DNA of 64,000 nucleotides. Source: a virus. Position 1 is the stretch's first letter; each line of letters starts with the position of its first letter. The notes beneath the pieces are model-generated. The model did no database searches. It was not told the origin of the DNA and saw only the letters and a program-made list of their open reading frames with translations. Shown in pieces: positions 38,201-48,662 of this stretch. Location of the stretch: IMG/VR virus record IMGVR_UViG_3300009702_000018, positions 1 to 64,000 of that record, one strand, 5' to 3'. Made by a program: the position numbers and the translations under genes.

Positions 38201-40218
38201 TATAACATATATTCTGGATCAAAATGTAAAGAAACCTCATATATTCCAGTACTTACTATTAAATCAACTACAAAACATAGAGATTTCATTGATAATATTC
38301 CAGCATCTGTTATTTGTCGATTAAAATAATAATCTCCATATTTTTTAAGATCTGAATGAGTAGTACTTGATAAAAATGACCAAGTTGAAGCATTAAAAGT
38401 TGTTGTAGAACTACTTGTGGAATAAATAGAGATAATAGCAGTAGGATGAATATCAGGATAGCCAGATGAATTTTTATATTCTGCTTCTATTCCATATTTA
38501 AATTCTGCATAATCTGTTGCTGGAGTAAATGCAAGAACTGTAGTACCACTTCTTTGTAAAATATCAGGTCTTCCATTCCAATTAGAATAACAATTAATTT
38601 CTATTTGTTGTCCCGTTTCTCCATAAGCATAAGCGGCAGATATATCCGATACATTAAAATATGAAAAAGTTGCAGTATCTAATTTGCATGTCTCATTATA
38701 ATTACTAATCAAAAAATCACCACAAAAAGCACGAGGATGAACAGAACTTATCCAATTAGCAGAAGTACTAAATGCTGAACTATTAACATAATTATTGGGA
38801 ACATTAATAGTCTTTAAATAAGGATTTCCATTTGGACTAAATCCCCATTTATAATACCAAGGTTTCATAATTTTATCTATTGCATCAAACCAATATTCAC
38901 CAGTACCAATTGAATAAGCATATTTATCGTCTGTTTTATTGTCAATTTTTCCAATAGGATCTATTCCGTATTTTTTATTAGTAGGCAAATATTCTTTTGT
39001 TGTATTAGATTTGGGTTCAATAATATATCCCCCAGATGTAGCATTTCCTGCAAAATCTATAAATTTTTTCTTCTCATAAAAAGATGATCCACAAATACCT
39101 GCCTCTGTCAATAAAATTTCATATGCTTTATATATTTCCCAACCATCAAATGTTCTTGGTTTCAAATTTCCATTAACATATCCAGGTATATTTGTCAAAT
39201 AACCTGCTTGGATATAATCTATTTTTGTGGGAGCAGACAAATTAACAGAATCTTTTAAAAATACAGAATAATCATAGCAAGTAATAAATAGAACATCAGC
39301 TCCATTAGATTTATATTTTTTCTCGATTTTTCTTATTTGTCCAGTAAACTTTGTCATTAATTCATCTTCACCCTGAGAGTTTCTATATCCCTCGCTATAT
39401 CGAATCATTCGATATTCTTTTAGTGTTTGTCCAGATGATTTTTCTATATATGTTTTACTTGTTGAAACATAGTAATACCCAAATTTATTATAATAAGAAG
39501 ATGAAGAAATAAAAGGAACTTCAAATGTAAAAATTGATTTTCCATCTTCATTTTCTGTATATGAAGTTTTGCTAACATGTGAAAGTTCTGTAAAAGCGAT
39601 AGAACCAAGCCCAGCATAAGAAATAGGATAAAATTGTTCTCCACCTATTAGCTGATATTCAGAAGTAATACTTGCACTATCTGTTTTCCACAATCCAACA
39701 AACCCATATTCTTTTTGTTGTTCTGGAGTATATAGAATAAATATTGAATATATATCACCTTGAGTTAAATCAACACTTGAAACATGATAATTCTGATCTT
39801 CAAAATTCATACTATAAGAAGTAGCCAATGTTTGTGTGGCACCACGAAATATGTAAAATCCTATATTCCCTGACCCACCAAAAGCAAAATAATGTTTCCC
39901 CGTATAATTACATGTAAAATAATTTGTCATATTAATTGACCATTTGTAAGTATCTTGCCAATTAATAATAGTATCTGGTCTTTGATTCCCATAATAAAAT
40001 TTACAATTAGGAACAACTCCAGAATAAGAACCAATTTGTTGGGAAGTAGAGGTTAAGGTATTCCACCTCACATTAAGTCCATATGATAAAGTATTATATA
40101 CTGTATTAGCATATTCCACTTTGTTAATCGGGATATTGCGTTTTTGAAAAAAGGGCTCTAATCTATTTTTTTGTTCAAAAACAACATTTTGACTGGGTGT
40201 TGATAATGTTTCTATCAT
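35272..40218 (-). CDS. Tail tip or hub protein with PA14-like and FlgD-Ig-like domains
   Basis: Position after the tape measure; FTGQI and GNPKLQPGD hub-like motifs; TISFDL...VDIWN...YEFYWGG. Confidence 0.7.
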   Translation of the reverse strand: MIETLSTPSQNVVFEQKNRLEPFFQKRNIPINKVEYANTVYNTLSYGLNVRWNTLTSTSQQIGSYSGVVPNCKFYYGNQRPDTIINWQDTYKWSINMTNYFTCNYTGKHYFAFGGSGNIGFYIFRGATQTLATSYSMNFEDQNYHVSSVDLTQGDIYSIFILYTPEQQKEYGFVGLWKTDSASITSEYQLIGGEQFYPISYAGLGSIAFTELSHVSKTSYTENEDGKSIFTFEVPFISSSSYYNKFGYYYVSTSKTYIEKSSGQTLKEYRMIRYSEGYRNSQGEDELMTKFTGQIRKIEKKYKSNGADVLFITCYDYSVFLKDSVNLSAPTKIDYIQAGYLTNIPGYVNGNLKPRTFDGWEIYKAYEILLTEAGICGSSFYEKKKFIDFAGNATSGGYIIEPKSNTTKEYLPTNKKYGIDPIGKIDNKTDDKYAYSIGTGEYWFDAIDKIMKPWYYKWGFSPNGNPYLKTINVPNNYVNSSAFSTSANWISSVHPRAFCGDFLISNYNETCKLDTATFSYFNVSDISAAYAYGETGQQIEINCYSNWNGRPDILQRSGTTVLAFTPATDYAEFKYGIEAEYKNSSGYPDIHPTAIISIYSTSSSTTTFNASTWSFLSSTTHSDLKKYGDYYFNRQITDAGILSMKSLCFVVDLIVSTGIYEVSLHFDPEYMLYQETSIAYNKGAIASCNATGKKFALLVGVGPTLGYSDNTKNTMKVTISKDEALLSETYHNLYNSVSHFYFDGVQNDTGINPSYLFIADGLPYDEYNIKVESIDSSYPVYLEGLLAYDQDLNTPLEIFYTGDSQHKGNISKLNTTTEYENQRNEAIVIGKRLGTLFYTDSAGNEIAVNPNNETSIYVQSATRDLNSIYNASASNFVGHTRNTIITDPSIINQHQADFISYNVVNDYGSPKENANFSMVGNPKLQPGDCIAVVDDFKYGIDSSNYLWVTKVSNSFEKTYITQIETSPIKPVNSFWSVPDIDVDALFDGYYIWNLTVHNGGWSSYITVDLSTTGSYIYVSSAGVENYANTVIPPNGYCLLGREIIHYDSVDASGSSFVLKVDKRGLGESGTAYAHAINDDIIIGYNPYSKSQLPPTISFDLLRHADVEVDIWNYIDESNTMNISNITACKVDSLTNVSQSPKNPTYETKEIGHYEFYWGGFDRVGDYNDSLRTADEGSLYKTDYFARSNYKLPYYPTAYGMYYAMVKVIPRDDPDTVHKYYTQDSGASYLNTYGSKTGIIKQFLMDPGTVNLSFSTSNMYYAELEDILKIDRWGNINSDNSAAYYGNSKEIIANSQWSTSNGLIKANIYPYVFINDSVAGTFITNKSPGLSFHITSKDPYNYDDIQRIFIPSIQCYIRQFSLFTYTAKYEVTPHIQVDIKDTIIPLSEAQSLDRIMPNTELYINPKKLEQDGKLSFIPENVQENFQKMIPKVPENKHLVLLISNLIFFDNNLVDLSGRRVKQEKKIYILRDSGGYIDIFDFDINTYGGRNNNWDLSDEYLAYLLLYKNGNLPYIITPTNNGFYEYINPKGNYKWLYRYKYDPSYNISKYEQDYLHFYKKLTWEYAPHPSRLYLKTGSRTTHDTEQTNIGYFLSWKNKPKYRTSYVTWMDTDRVKRIMNMVPEDLTKIFIEDRETFYPSVWAVFTREDFA

Positions 40219-40634
40219 ATTTTCTCGGGTTGTAATAAAAGTTCAACTTTATCATATATTAAATTTCCACCGGACGCAGGAGTAGTTTTAATTGTTACAA
40301 TTTGAGCTTTCTTCCAATCTGCACTTGAAGCTTCAATTGGCCATCTATAGTTTGCAATTTGAATATCATTAAAATCAAAATATCTTATTTCACCTTCCAA
40401 TGGTCTAAAATAATTGATAATATCACTTAAAGCAGCATTATCCATAGGGAATCTTACCCAAGTCATTGTTCTTACTCTGCTATCAAAAGCTCGTTCTTGA
40501 TAACAATCTGATCCATGTAAAATATCTATTTTTTCTACATCAGCAGCATCAACAGGATTATATATACTTGGATTAACTCCAAAAGTAAAATTAGCAGGTC
40601 CTGGTAATACACTTGTTACTTGTATTCTGATCAT
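40215..40634 (-). CDS. Putative distal tail protein
   Basis: Position directly after the tape measure; FGVNP motif. Confidence 0.55.
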   Translation of the reverse strand: MIRIQVTSVLPGPANFTFGVNPSIYNPVDAADVEKIDILHGSDCYQERAFDSRVRTMTWVRFPMDNAALSDIINYFRPLEGEIRYFDFNDIQIANYRWPIEASSADWKKAQIVTIKTTPASGGNLIYDKVELLLQPEKI

Positions 40635-43600
40635 ACTGGTACAAACCCCCGACTACCCGAATTTTGAATTTGAACATCATAATCTCCTGATAGTACTTGT
40701 TTAATTGTTTCAGCAATATGAGCATCATTTGTTGAATTAATATGTATTGTAATTGCAGGATTTCCATATCCATAATTGCCAGTAGGAAGATTAAATCGTG
40801 TTGGGGCATTATATATTTTCTTATCAATTTCTTTTAAGGCTATTGTATTTTGAATTGTTGCATTTGTATTTTGATCCATTGCTTTTGATAATGGTTCTTG
40901 TTTTTTTGGTCTATGTCCAAATAATCCCCCAAATAATCCTCCAAGAATTCCACCAGCAAGACCAAATAGAGGTCCTCCAAAAATACTCATTAATGTGCCA
41001 GGATTTTTAAACAAATTAGTAAATAAAGATTGTCCTATTGCAGATCCAAATCCAACTCCTACTGATGCACCTTTATTTTTTGTTCCAACAAGACTGGCTG
41101 CTAATGTATAACTTATCATTGAAGCAAATGATTTTAAATTACTCTGTAAATCATTTAATTCTTTGACTGTTTGTTTGGGAGTGGGATCATTTTTTGGATT
41201 GTTTTGTTTTGTTGCATCTAAAATACTTTTATTTGTATTTAAAGTTTTTTCTGCTGTATTTTCTAAATTAGATGTATCAATTGCTTCGGGTTTTATACCA
41301 ACTATTTTTGCCATATAAGCAGCAGTATTGATCGTTGGTGCTGTTTGTGCTATTGTATTTACATATTTATTTTTTTCAACAGACTCTATTTTTGTTGTAA
41401 TAGTTGTAGGGATTTGATTTACGGAAGTATTAAAATAATCAACTACTTTTTTAAATTCAGTTGTATCAATCTTTTCTGGTTTTATTCCTACTACTTTATT
41501 AGTATATTTTTCTTGATTAATGGGTTTTATATTATGAAGAGCAGCAAGAACATAATCAATTATCTTTTTCAAGCTTATAAGAAATTTATCATTTGCTGAA
41601 TTCAATTTAACAAAATAAGTATTATATATATTTGATAATTGATTTTGATAATCTTTATTAATTGCTTTTAATTTTGTTGCATATTCTGTTTGTAAAGCAG
41701 ATAGAGCCTTCATATATCCTTGTTGAAAATTATTAGTAGCATTAGTGATTGAATCACCAATAAGTTTACCCACATCTTGATTTTTATTAACTTTAATATT
41801 AGATAAATTTTCAGCAAATTGATTAACTAAGTTTTTATAAAAAGCATCACTAATACTGCTCATTACATCTAAAACAATAGTTTTAATCTCTTTCCAGCCC
41901 TTACGATACTCTTTCATTTCGTCTTTTACAAGGTTCAATCTATTTTTAGCATCTTGAATTGATTTTTGATCTCCGCTCATTCGAGCATTTTGTAAATCTA
42001 TTTCCGCTTGTTTTATTTCATAAGATAAATCTTTTCTTTTCTGGGAATTCTCTAAAATATTATTTGGTAAATCAGTGAAAGCATCTTTAATTGTATTTTT
42101 AAATATTTTGGCATTATCAACACTATTCTCCATTACCTTATCAATACGAATTTTAAATTCTTTATCTAATAACTTTATTCTTTCTTTGTGTTCTGTATTA
42201 GCGGCTTTTAAAACAGCTTTATATTGTTTTTCTGCAGATAATAATGGGAATTTTTTATTATCAAATGACTTTGCAATTTCTTTACCTTGCTGGACAATTA
42301 AATTTGTTCTTTCTTTTTCAAGAGCAATTATTTCTTGTTCTTTATTGGGGAATTTCGACAAATATTTTAATTGTAATTCGACATTTTTAATTGAAGTATC
42401 ATAGCGAGCATTAATGTCATTTTGAAGTAAAATATTTTCTTTTGATTCTTTATTATATTCTCTAATATATTTTAATGCTTTCACAAAATATTTAGATATA
42501 TCTAATTGATTAAGAAGTTGCTTATAACTTGCTAAATCATTTTTAGCTTTGGTTAATTCTTTATTAATATCTGGTATGGGAGTCGCTGAACCCGCTGCAA
42601 TCTGCGAATATTGTGTAGGAATATCTTTTAATAGCTTAGGAATGCTTTCTAAAACTTTTAAATTTGATTTGTTTATTATACCATTCTTCATTGGGAGTTT
42701 CGTTTCCAATATGTCTTTCATTTTTGTTAAATTATTTATTTTATCTGTGGTATCAGAAATCTTTATTGCTAAATCTTGAAATTTTGTTCCAGTAGTTTTT
42801 ACTATATCAACCATCTTACTTATTTTAAAAGCATTTTCATCAACTACTTTACCAAATAGTAAACTACTCTTCAATACATTAAATTGTTCTGTGGTAGTTT
42901 TAAATTTTTTGATTAAAGAATCCATTGATTTAGAAAAAGTAATAATATCATTTGAAGGTTTTGTTCCTATTTCAAGAGTAGTTTTAATTTTATTCTTGTT
43001 TCCATTTAATTTATCAATTTCTATTTGATCTTTCGCTATTGATACTCCAATCTCATTTAATATTCTTCCTAATTGACCCAAAGTACCAAATTGTCCTTTA
43101 ACCCAAATAAAAGTACTTTTTAATTGTTGTCCTATATCTGCATAAAGTTCTTGTGTTAATTTTTTATTTCCTAAAATTTTTGAAAGAAATTCTTTTGTAT
43201 CTGATATATTTCCTATTGCATTCTTATCTTTTACAAGACGATCTTTAAAGGTTTTAATAGCCTCATCAACAGCATTTTGTATCCTATATGTAATTGTTTT
43301 ACTTTCTTCGTCTGAAATACCCAACATATTTGCATATTTTTTAGCAAGACCTGTTTCAGTGAGTGATTCTTTAGCCTGATTTGATGCATCTTTAATGGCA
43401 TTCACCATATTTTTAATATAAGTATCTATAGATTCTTTTAGATGATATTTGGGGGGAGTTAAAAATACATCTTCAAAACCTAGATTAATTTTTTGATTTT
43501 TAAAAATCATTTTTCTAATATCTGACATAAAAGACATAAAATTAAATCTTTTAAGAAAATAAGCCTGAAATTCTTTTCCTGTAAGTTCTGATGGGGGCGT

Positions 43601-46186
43601 TTCAAGCGGTAAAGGAGTTTTATTAAGATTTTTAAAGGTTTCATTAATTTTTTCTTTAAAATCTTTCAACATTTTTATCTGTTTTGTAAATCCTGCCATT
43701 TCACCCGTTAATTGAATAATTCTTGATTCTTTTAGATTTTTATTTATTTGTTCTAAATCTTTAATTTGTTGAATATTTCTTTTATGCAAATTATCATTGG
43801 CTGTAATTACATTATTTATGGCTGTTGTAGTATTTGTATGTGCATTTGTTAAAGTATTAGTGGCATCAATAAGTTCATAACTTGAATTGGATAATAATTT
43901 AAGATCTGCTACCATTTTAGTTAAAATACCGGCTTTTATATTTGGTTTATTAGCCCTGTCAAGTGCAATTCTATAGTTAATTAACTCTTTGGTAACATCT
44001 GTAGTAAGTTTGTTTTCTTCTTTTAAACTCTTTATACGATCTTCTGTTACTTTAATGGAATCTTTTAAACTCATAGTAGTTTTAATAACAGCATTTGATG
44101 CAACACTTTGAGAAGATCCAAATAATGCCCAACCAGCAGAAATTAAACCAATGGCTATACTTGCTGCCATTAATACAGTACCAAATGTTCCCATTGCTAA
44201 TTTTATGCCATTAATAGCACCTATAAATCCGACTGAAGAAGCAGTTGCAGCTTCTTCGGATGCTTCAAATCCTATTGTTTGTGCTGTTGCCGCCCCTGTT
44301 ACTATTCCATATTCTATCATTTTGGCATGTAATCTTCCCATAATAAATTTGAAACCTGCAATAGCAATCGACCCAATTGTAACAACACTTCCAAATGCAA
44401 CAACAGAGGCAACAATTCTTCCTAAAACGCCATGAAAGAAATTGAGTACTTTTAAAACACCCTTTAATAAGAATACAAGACCCGATAAAGGACCAGCTAA
44501 TGATTGACCCACAATAACTCCAAATTGTGTTAATGCTGCAGCAGCCTGTTCCCATGATTTTTTAAAAGTATTTAATGTTAATTGATTAGCTTGTAATGCT
44601 TCTGTACTGGCTCGCTGTGCTTTAATTGTGGCTGCTGTTTTCATATTATAATTATCCATTAATGCTATAAAATCAGCATATCTTCTAATTCCACCAAATG
44701 TAACAGCAATATGTGCTTTTTCAACAGAAGATAAATTTCCCCACTTTTTATGTAAATCATCTAATACGTCATCTAAATCTCTTAATTCACTTGCATTCTT
44801 TAAAACAGCAACACCAATATTTTCAAATACACTTATAACTTTTTTTCTTGGCAATCTGGCAAACATAGTTTTTAAAGATTGACCAATGGCTGAACCAGAT
44901 TTTCTGGTAATAGCTCCAATAGCAGCGACATACCCAGCTAAATCATTAAGATCAACTCCCACAACTTTTGCAGCAGCACCTACAGCTTTTAATGAATTGG
45001 CAAGATCTTGAGCAGTAACAGGAAAATTCTTTTGAACTACTAACCATTTAGATATAACTTGAGTAACATTGGACGCTTGAACCCCATAAGTAAATATAGC
45101 AGAAGTGAGAGCTTCTGTAACTTCTGTAGCAGTAGAACCTAAAGCGTTAACACCAACTAAAGTTGCCGACATAGCAGCTAATACATCATTTTGTTTTAAT
45201 CCCGTTTGTGCCCAAACTTTCATAGATTTAATAATGTCGCCAACACCAACACCAAAAGTTTTACTTAGATTAAAAGCTTCTGTTCTATATTTTTTAATAC
45301 TATCTGTATTTTGATCAATAACCTTCTGTAAGTCAGCTAAAAGAAATTGAGTATCTGCAAAATCTTTAATAGATTTTTTAGTTGCATCTATTGCACCTCT
45401 CATTAAAAAGAAAGCAACACGATAACGAATTAATTTTCCAATAGCAACACCGATTTGTTTATTAAGCTTGCCTTGTTCTTCTTCTGTTTTCGCCGTACTA
45501 CCACTTGCTTTTTGTTGTGCTTTTGCAACTTGATTTAATTCTTCTCTAACTGTTTCTAATCGTTTAAGATATTTTTCAAATTCTTTAACATCTTTTGGTT
45601 GTACAAAGCCTTGTGTAAAATTACTTTGAACTCCCAATCTTCTATTCATTAACGCATATATATCTATTATACGTTTTAATTTTTTATTTCTTTGATCATC
45701 TATTAATAGAAGATCTTTATTTTTTAGAACTTGATCATCAATTAATGTTTGAATTTTTTTATATATGGTTAATTGATCTCGTTGAGATTTAACATTAAGT
45801 GTTTTAATCTCATTTATTACTTTTTGGAGTTTGGGAAGATCTTCTTGTGTAATATCAAAAGAAATAGGAATTTTATGTTGTTTCTCTAACTTTGATATAT
45901 TATCTATTGTTCTTTTAGACAATTCAGCATCAATAAGAAATCTGATTTTATTTCCATGTATTCCTTCAGTAATTTTATAAAATTCAGATAAAAACTTTCT
46001 AATATCTCCGGAAGCAATACCAGTTCTTTTAGAAACAGTGTCAATAGATTGTATAATTTTATTAATATTACTTGGAGCCACAGTTCCAATTTCTTGATAA
46101 ATACTAAGTAGTATATTAACCTTGTTGATTACATCTTTAAGACCTTGAGCCTCAAAAAAGGTTGTAATTGTGTCTTGATTAGCCAT
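40631..46186 (-). CDS. Tail tape measure protein
   Basis: 1851 aa, helical; TP901-like core (TRKSGSAIGQSLKTMFARL); hydrophobic Gly-rich segments; follows the chaperones. Confidence 0.92.
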   Translation of the reverse strand: MANQDTITTFFEAQGLKDVINKVNILLSIYQEIGTVAPSNINKIIQSIDTVSKRTGIASGDIRKFLSEFYKITEGIHGNKIRFLIDAELSKRTIDNISKLEKQHKIPISFDITQEDLPKLQKVINEIKTLNVKSQRDQLTIYKKIQTLIDDQVLKNKDLLLIDDQRNKKLKRIIDIYALMNRRLGVQSNFTQGFVQPKDVKEFEKYLKRLETVREELNQVAKAQQKASGSTAKTEEEQGKLNKQIGVAIGKLIRYRVAFFLMRGAIDATKKSIKDFADTQFLLADLQKVIDQNTDSIKKYRTEAFNLSKTFGVGVGDIIKSMKVWAQTGLKQNDVLAAMSATLVGVNALGSTATEVTEALTSAIFTYGVQASNVTQVISKWLVVQKNFPVTAQDLANSLKAVGAAAKVVGVDLNDLAGYVAAIGAITRKSGSAIGQSLKTMFARLPRKKVISVFENIGVAVLKNASELRDLDDVLDDLHKKWGNLSSVEKAHIAVTFGGIRRYADFIALMDNYNMKTAATIKAQRASTEALQANQLTLNTFKKSWEQAAAALTQFGVIVGQSLAGPLSGLVFLLKGVLKVLNFFHGVLGRIVASVVAFGSVVTIGSIAIAGFKFIMGRLHAKMIEYGIVTGAATAQTIGFEASEEAATASSVGFIGAINGIKLAMGTFGTVLMAASIAIGLISAGWALFGSSQSVASNAVIKTTMSLKDSIKVTEDRIKSLKEENKLTTDVTKELINYRIALDRANKPNIKAGILTKMVADLKLLSNSSYELIDATNTLTNAHTNTTTAINNVITANDNLHKRNIQQIKDLEQINKNLKESRIIQLTGEMAGFTKQIKMLKDFKEKINETFKNLNKTPLPLETPPSELTGKEFQAYFLKRFNFMSFMSDIRKMIFKNQKINLGFEDVFLTPPKYHLKESIDTYIKNMVNAIKDASNQAKESLTETGLAKKYANMLGISDEESKTITYRIQNAVDEAIKTFKDRLVKDKNAIGNISDTKEFLSKILGNKKLTQELYADIGQQLKSTFIWVKGQFGTLGQLGRILNEIGVSIAKDQIEIDKLNGNKNKIKTTLEIGTKPSNDIITFSKSMDSLIKKFKTTTEQFNVLKSSLLFGKVVDENAFKISKMVDIVKTTGTKFQDLAIKISDTTDKINNLTKMKDILETKLPMKNGIINKSNLKVLESIPKLLKDIPTQYSQIAAGSATPIPDINKELTKAKNDLASYKQLLNQLDISKYFVKALKYIREYNKESKENILLQNDINARYDTSIKNVELQLKYLSKFPNKEQEIIALEKERTNLIVQQGKEIAKSFDNKKFPLLSAEKQYKAVLKAANTEHKERIKLLDKEFKIRIDKVMENSVDNAKIFKNTIKDAFTDLPNNILENSQKRKDLSYEIKQAEIDLQNARMSGDQKSIQDAKNRLNLVKDEMKEYRKGWKEIKTIVLDVMSSISDAFYKNLVNQFAENLSNIKVNKNQDVGKLIGDSITNATNNFQQGYMKALSALQTEYATKLKAINKDYQNQLSNIYNTYFVKLNSANDKFLISLKKIIDYVLAALHNIKPINQEKYTNKVVGIKPEKIDTTEFKKVVDYFNTSVNQIPTTITTKIESVEKNKYVNTIAQTAPTINTAAYMAKIVGIKPEAIDTSNLENTAEKTLNTNKSILDATKQNNPKNDPTPKQTVKELNDLQSNLKSFASMISYTLAASLVGTKNKGASVGVGFGSAIGQSLFTNLFKNPGTLMSIFGGPLFGLAGGILGGLFGGLFGHRPKKQEPLSKAMDQNTNATIQNTIALKEIDKKIYNAPTRFNLPTGNYGYGNPAITIHINSTNDAHIAETIKQVLSGDYDVQIQNSGSRGFVPV

Positions 46187-46442
46187 TTACTCTATATACC
46201 TCTTGCATTTCTGATGCTGGAGTAGTTTTTCTATGTCTATTCATTTTTTCTTTGAATTTTTTATCTTCAAACCATTTATCTAATAAAACATCATAATTGA
46301 TAATAAAATCACTGGGACGTTCTTCTTCTTTTAAATTAAATACATTATTATTATAAAAACTCATCCAATATAATAGATTTTTTTCATTAATGGTTAAATC
46401 ATATAAATTACCTTTAAACATTGGCATATGTGTATCTATCAT
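46179..46442 (-). CDS. Tail assembly chaperone C-terminal (gpT-like) segment
   Basis: Between chaperone and tape measure; frame is open upstream at -1 relative to the previous gene. Confidence 0.65.
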   Translation of the reverse strand: MIDTHMPMFKGNLYDLTINEKNLLYWMSFYNNNVFNLKEEERPSDFIINYDVLLDKWFEDKKFKEKMNRHRKTTPASEMQEVYRVNG

Positions 46443-46465
46443 AATATTATATAAGTTTTGTAATT

Positions 46466-47185
46466 CTATGCTTCTTGCAAAGTATCTGATTTCTCTTCCT
46501 CCCCGCCGAATAATTGTTCAGCAGGGAGCACTTGAATTATCTCTTGTGATAAACCAGCCCAAAAGAGAAGAGCTTCTTGTGTAATTTTATATAGCATATC
46601 TTGATCTTCTTCTTGATCAAGTGCTTCTATACTATCCCACACTCTATCTCCATTAGCAAATTTAACACAATGAGATAATCTTACTTTAATTTCCCTTTCA
46701 TTAGCTCTGCCTTCAACACTATTATTTAAATATTGATTATGTTCTTCATACATTTGAGCTATTTTATCTCTATATTCATACCACTTATCTCGATAATAAT
46801 CTAATTTCTTTTTATTAACTTTATGTTTTTTCCTCATATCAGCAACAGCTAATTCAATAAGTTTTATTTCTTCATAATAATCAGCTACTTTTTCTTCTTT
46901 ATCTTTCCCCCAAATCCCTCGTTGAATTAAAATTTCTTCTAATTGATCTTTTGTTAAAATATCAGGATCTTGAATTAACCGATTAAATGTTTTCACATAA
47001 GCATCAGTAGCTTCACTTTCAATTTTTGGATTAGTATTATGAATATGAATTTCTACATTTTTTTTATCTCTAAAAGTTTCAAAAGTAATTGAACGATATT
47101 TTTGTTTAATTTCTTTTTCCGCTTTTTTAATATCAACTTCTGGGATTTTATCTCCCAATCTTGGTTCTGCTTTTTGTTTTACCAT
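46466..47185 (-). CDS. Tail assembly chaperone (gpG-like)
   Basis: Position after the tail tube gene; charged helical protein; RBS present. Confidence 0.65.
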   Translation of the reverse strand: MVKQKAEPRLGDKIPEVDIKKAEKEIKQKYRSITFETFRDKKNVEIHIHNTNPKIESEATDAYVKTFNRLIQDPDILTKDQLEEILIQRGIWGKDKEEKVADYYEEIKLIELAVADMRKKHKVNKKKLDYYRDKWYEYRDKIAQMYEEHNQYLNNSVEGRANEREIKVRLSHCVKFANGDRVWDSIEALDQEEDQDMLYKITQEALLFWAGLSQEIIQVLPAEQLFGGEEEKSDTLQEA

Positions 47186-47206
47186 AACCTTTCCTCTTTG
47201 CTCTGA

Positions 47207-47228
47207 AAAGGGGAAAAATTTCCCCTTT
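47207..47228 (-). terminator. Hairpin, probable terminator after the tail tube gene
   Basis: AAAGGGGAAA...TTTCCCCTTT inverted repeat ending in Ts on the minus strand. Confidence 0.65.
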
Positions 47229-47233
47229 ATTTA

Positions 47234-48646
47234 TTAAGTCCATCCACCAACGACATTAGTTCCGCTGCCAACAATTGAAATATTATCAGCAGTAAAGTTT
47301 ATTTCGTTAGTAGCATTATTTCCAACTGACACATTGAAATTATTAGCTTGAACATACATATTCTCAACAGTAATGGTATCTAATAATGTAGTTTTAGCTT
47401 TATCTTTATAGATCTGTATTTTTAAGTTATTATATCCATTAAAATCAGAAATTGTTAATGATGTAACATTACTCTGTTCATAGTCTTGACTAGTGAGTGC
47501 AGCAAAATATTCCAAATCAGAATCTTCAGCAGTAACAGAAACAGTAACTGGAACAGGGGTTTTCTTTGAAATAGCATAAAATCCATCAGTCCCAAGCTCA
47601 TATAACTTATCTTCTCCAAGAGCAACATCAATAGTAACAGTTTGTAGTCTTAATGCTTGACCCGCAGCACTATAAGTTCCCTTACCTGGAGTTTGAGTAT
47701 TCCATAAATAAGCAGTGATTTGACCTCGTCTAATAGCACCAAGTGCTCCTGCAGTAGATTCTAATTCCCATCCTGGATCCGTAGCAGCAGAAGAAGATTC
47801 CCATAGTGTATAATTTGAAGCAGGCTTAAAAACGACCCATACTCTATCAGTAGAATCAGCGGCAGTACTAACCCACGGAGTGGATAACACATCAGAACTA
47901 GCAGTAAAAGCACCACTGGCGACTACAGAAGCAGTCATATTGCTTGTTACTCCACCACCACCAGCAGTACTACGTAGAATTACATTATTAACACCAATTG
48001 CTAATACACTTGAACCATCGGGGATAACACTGGTCAAATTAGTAAAATGTTGACTCGTTCCACCGGCAGTACTAATATTTTCCAAAAGCAATTTAGAACA
48101 ACGAGCATTTGCCCAATTTCCTAGAAACCAAGTAGCATTATCAGCAGCCAAAGTGTAATTAGCGGCAGCATTTCCATTGACATCATAAGAAAGATTAACT
48201 GCAGTTAAAGCACAGTGGTTCATCCACATAGTACTTGCAGCAGTTTCAGTTTCTTCATTAAAAGTAGCAGTTATATCACAATACCCATTCAACATATCAG
48301 TTTGAGTAATTGTAGCAGCATTGGCACTGGCAGCTTTAATATAATATTTAATATTTGTTCCACCAGCGGCATTAGCAGAAGCACCAGAATAACTACCTCC
48401 TTGATCAAGTAAACTATCAGTTAAAAGAGCCAAAGTATCTACTGCACCAACGTCATTAGTATCTATTTGAATAGTAACATTTGGAGAATCAGCTATATAT
48501 TCAACAATGCCAGAATTAGCAAGCTCTTCAGCCTGTTCTCTAGTAATATCAACATTCCTACCAAAAGTCTGAACTCGTTTTAATACAATACCATCAGCCA
48601 TAACAGATATATCAGAAGATTTAGTCTTCTCAGGTTTACTAGCCAT
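47234..48646 (-). CDS. Major tail tube protein
   Basis: AGGAGG RBS; RVQT...EEL and RLQT...YELG repeated tube-like motifs; synteny. Confidence 0.75.
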   Translation of the reverse strand: MASKPEKTKSSDISVMADGIVLKRVQTFGRNVDITREQAEELANSGIVEYIADSPNVTIQIDTNDVGAVDTLALLTDSLLDQGGSYSGASANAAGGTNIKYYIKAASANAATITQTDMLNGYCDITATFNEETETAASTMWMNHCALTAVNLSYDVNGNAAANYTLAADNATWFLGNWANARCSKLLLENISTAGGTSQHFTNLTSVIPDGSSVLAIGVNNVILRSTAGGGGVTSNMTASVVASGAFTASSDVLSTPWVSTAADSTDRVWVVFKPASNYTLWESSSAATDPGWELESTAGALGAIRRGQITAYLWNTQTPGKGTYSAAGQALRLQTVTIDVALGEDKLYELGTDGFYAISKKTPVPVTVSVTAEDSDLEYFAALTSQDYEQSNVTSLTISDFNGYNNLKIQIYKDKAKTTLLDTITVENMYVQANNFNVSVGNNATNEINFTADNISIVGSGTNVVGGWT

Positions 48647-48662
48647 GTTTGATTCCTCCTTA

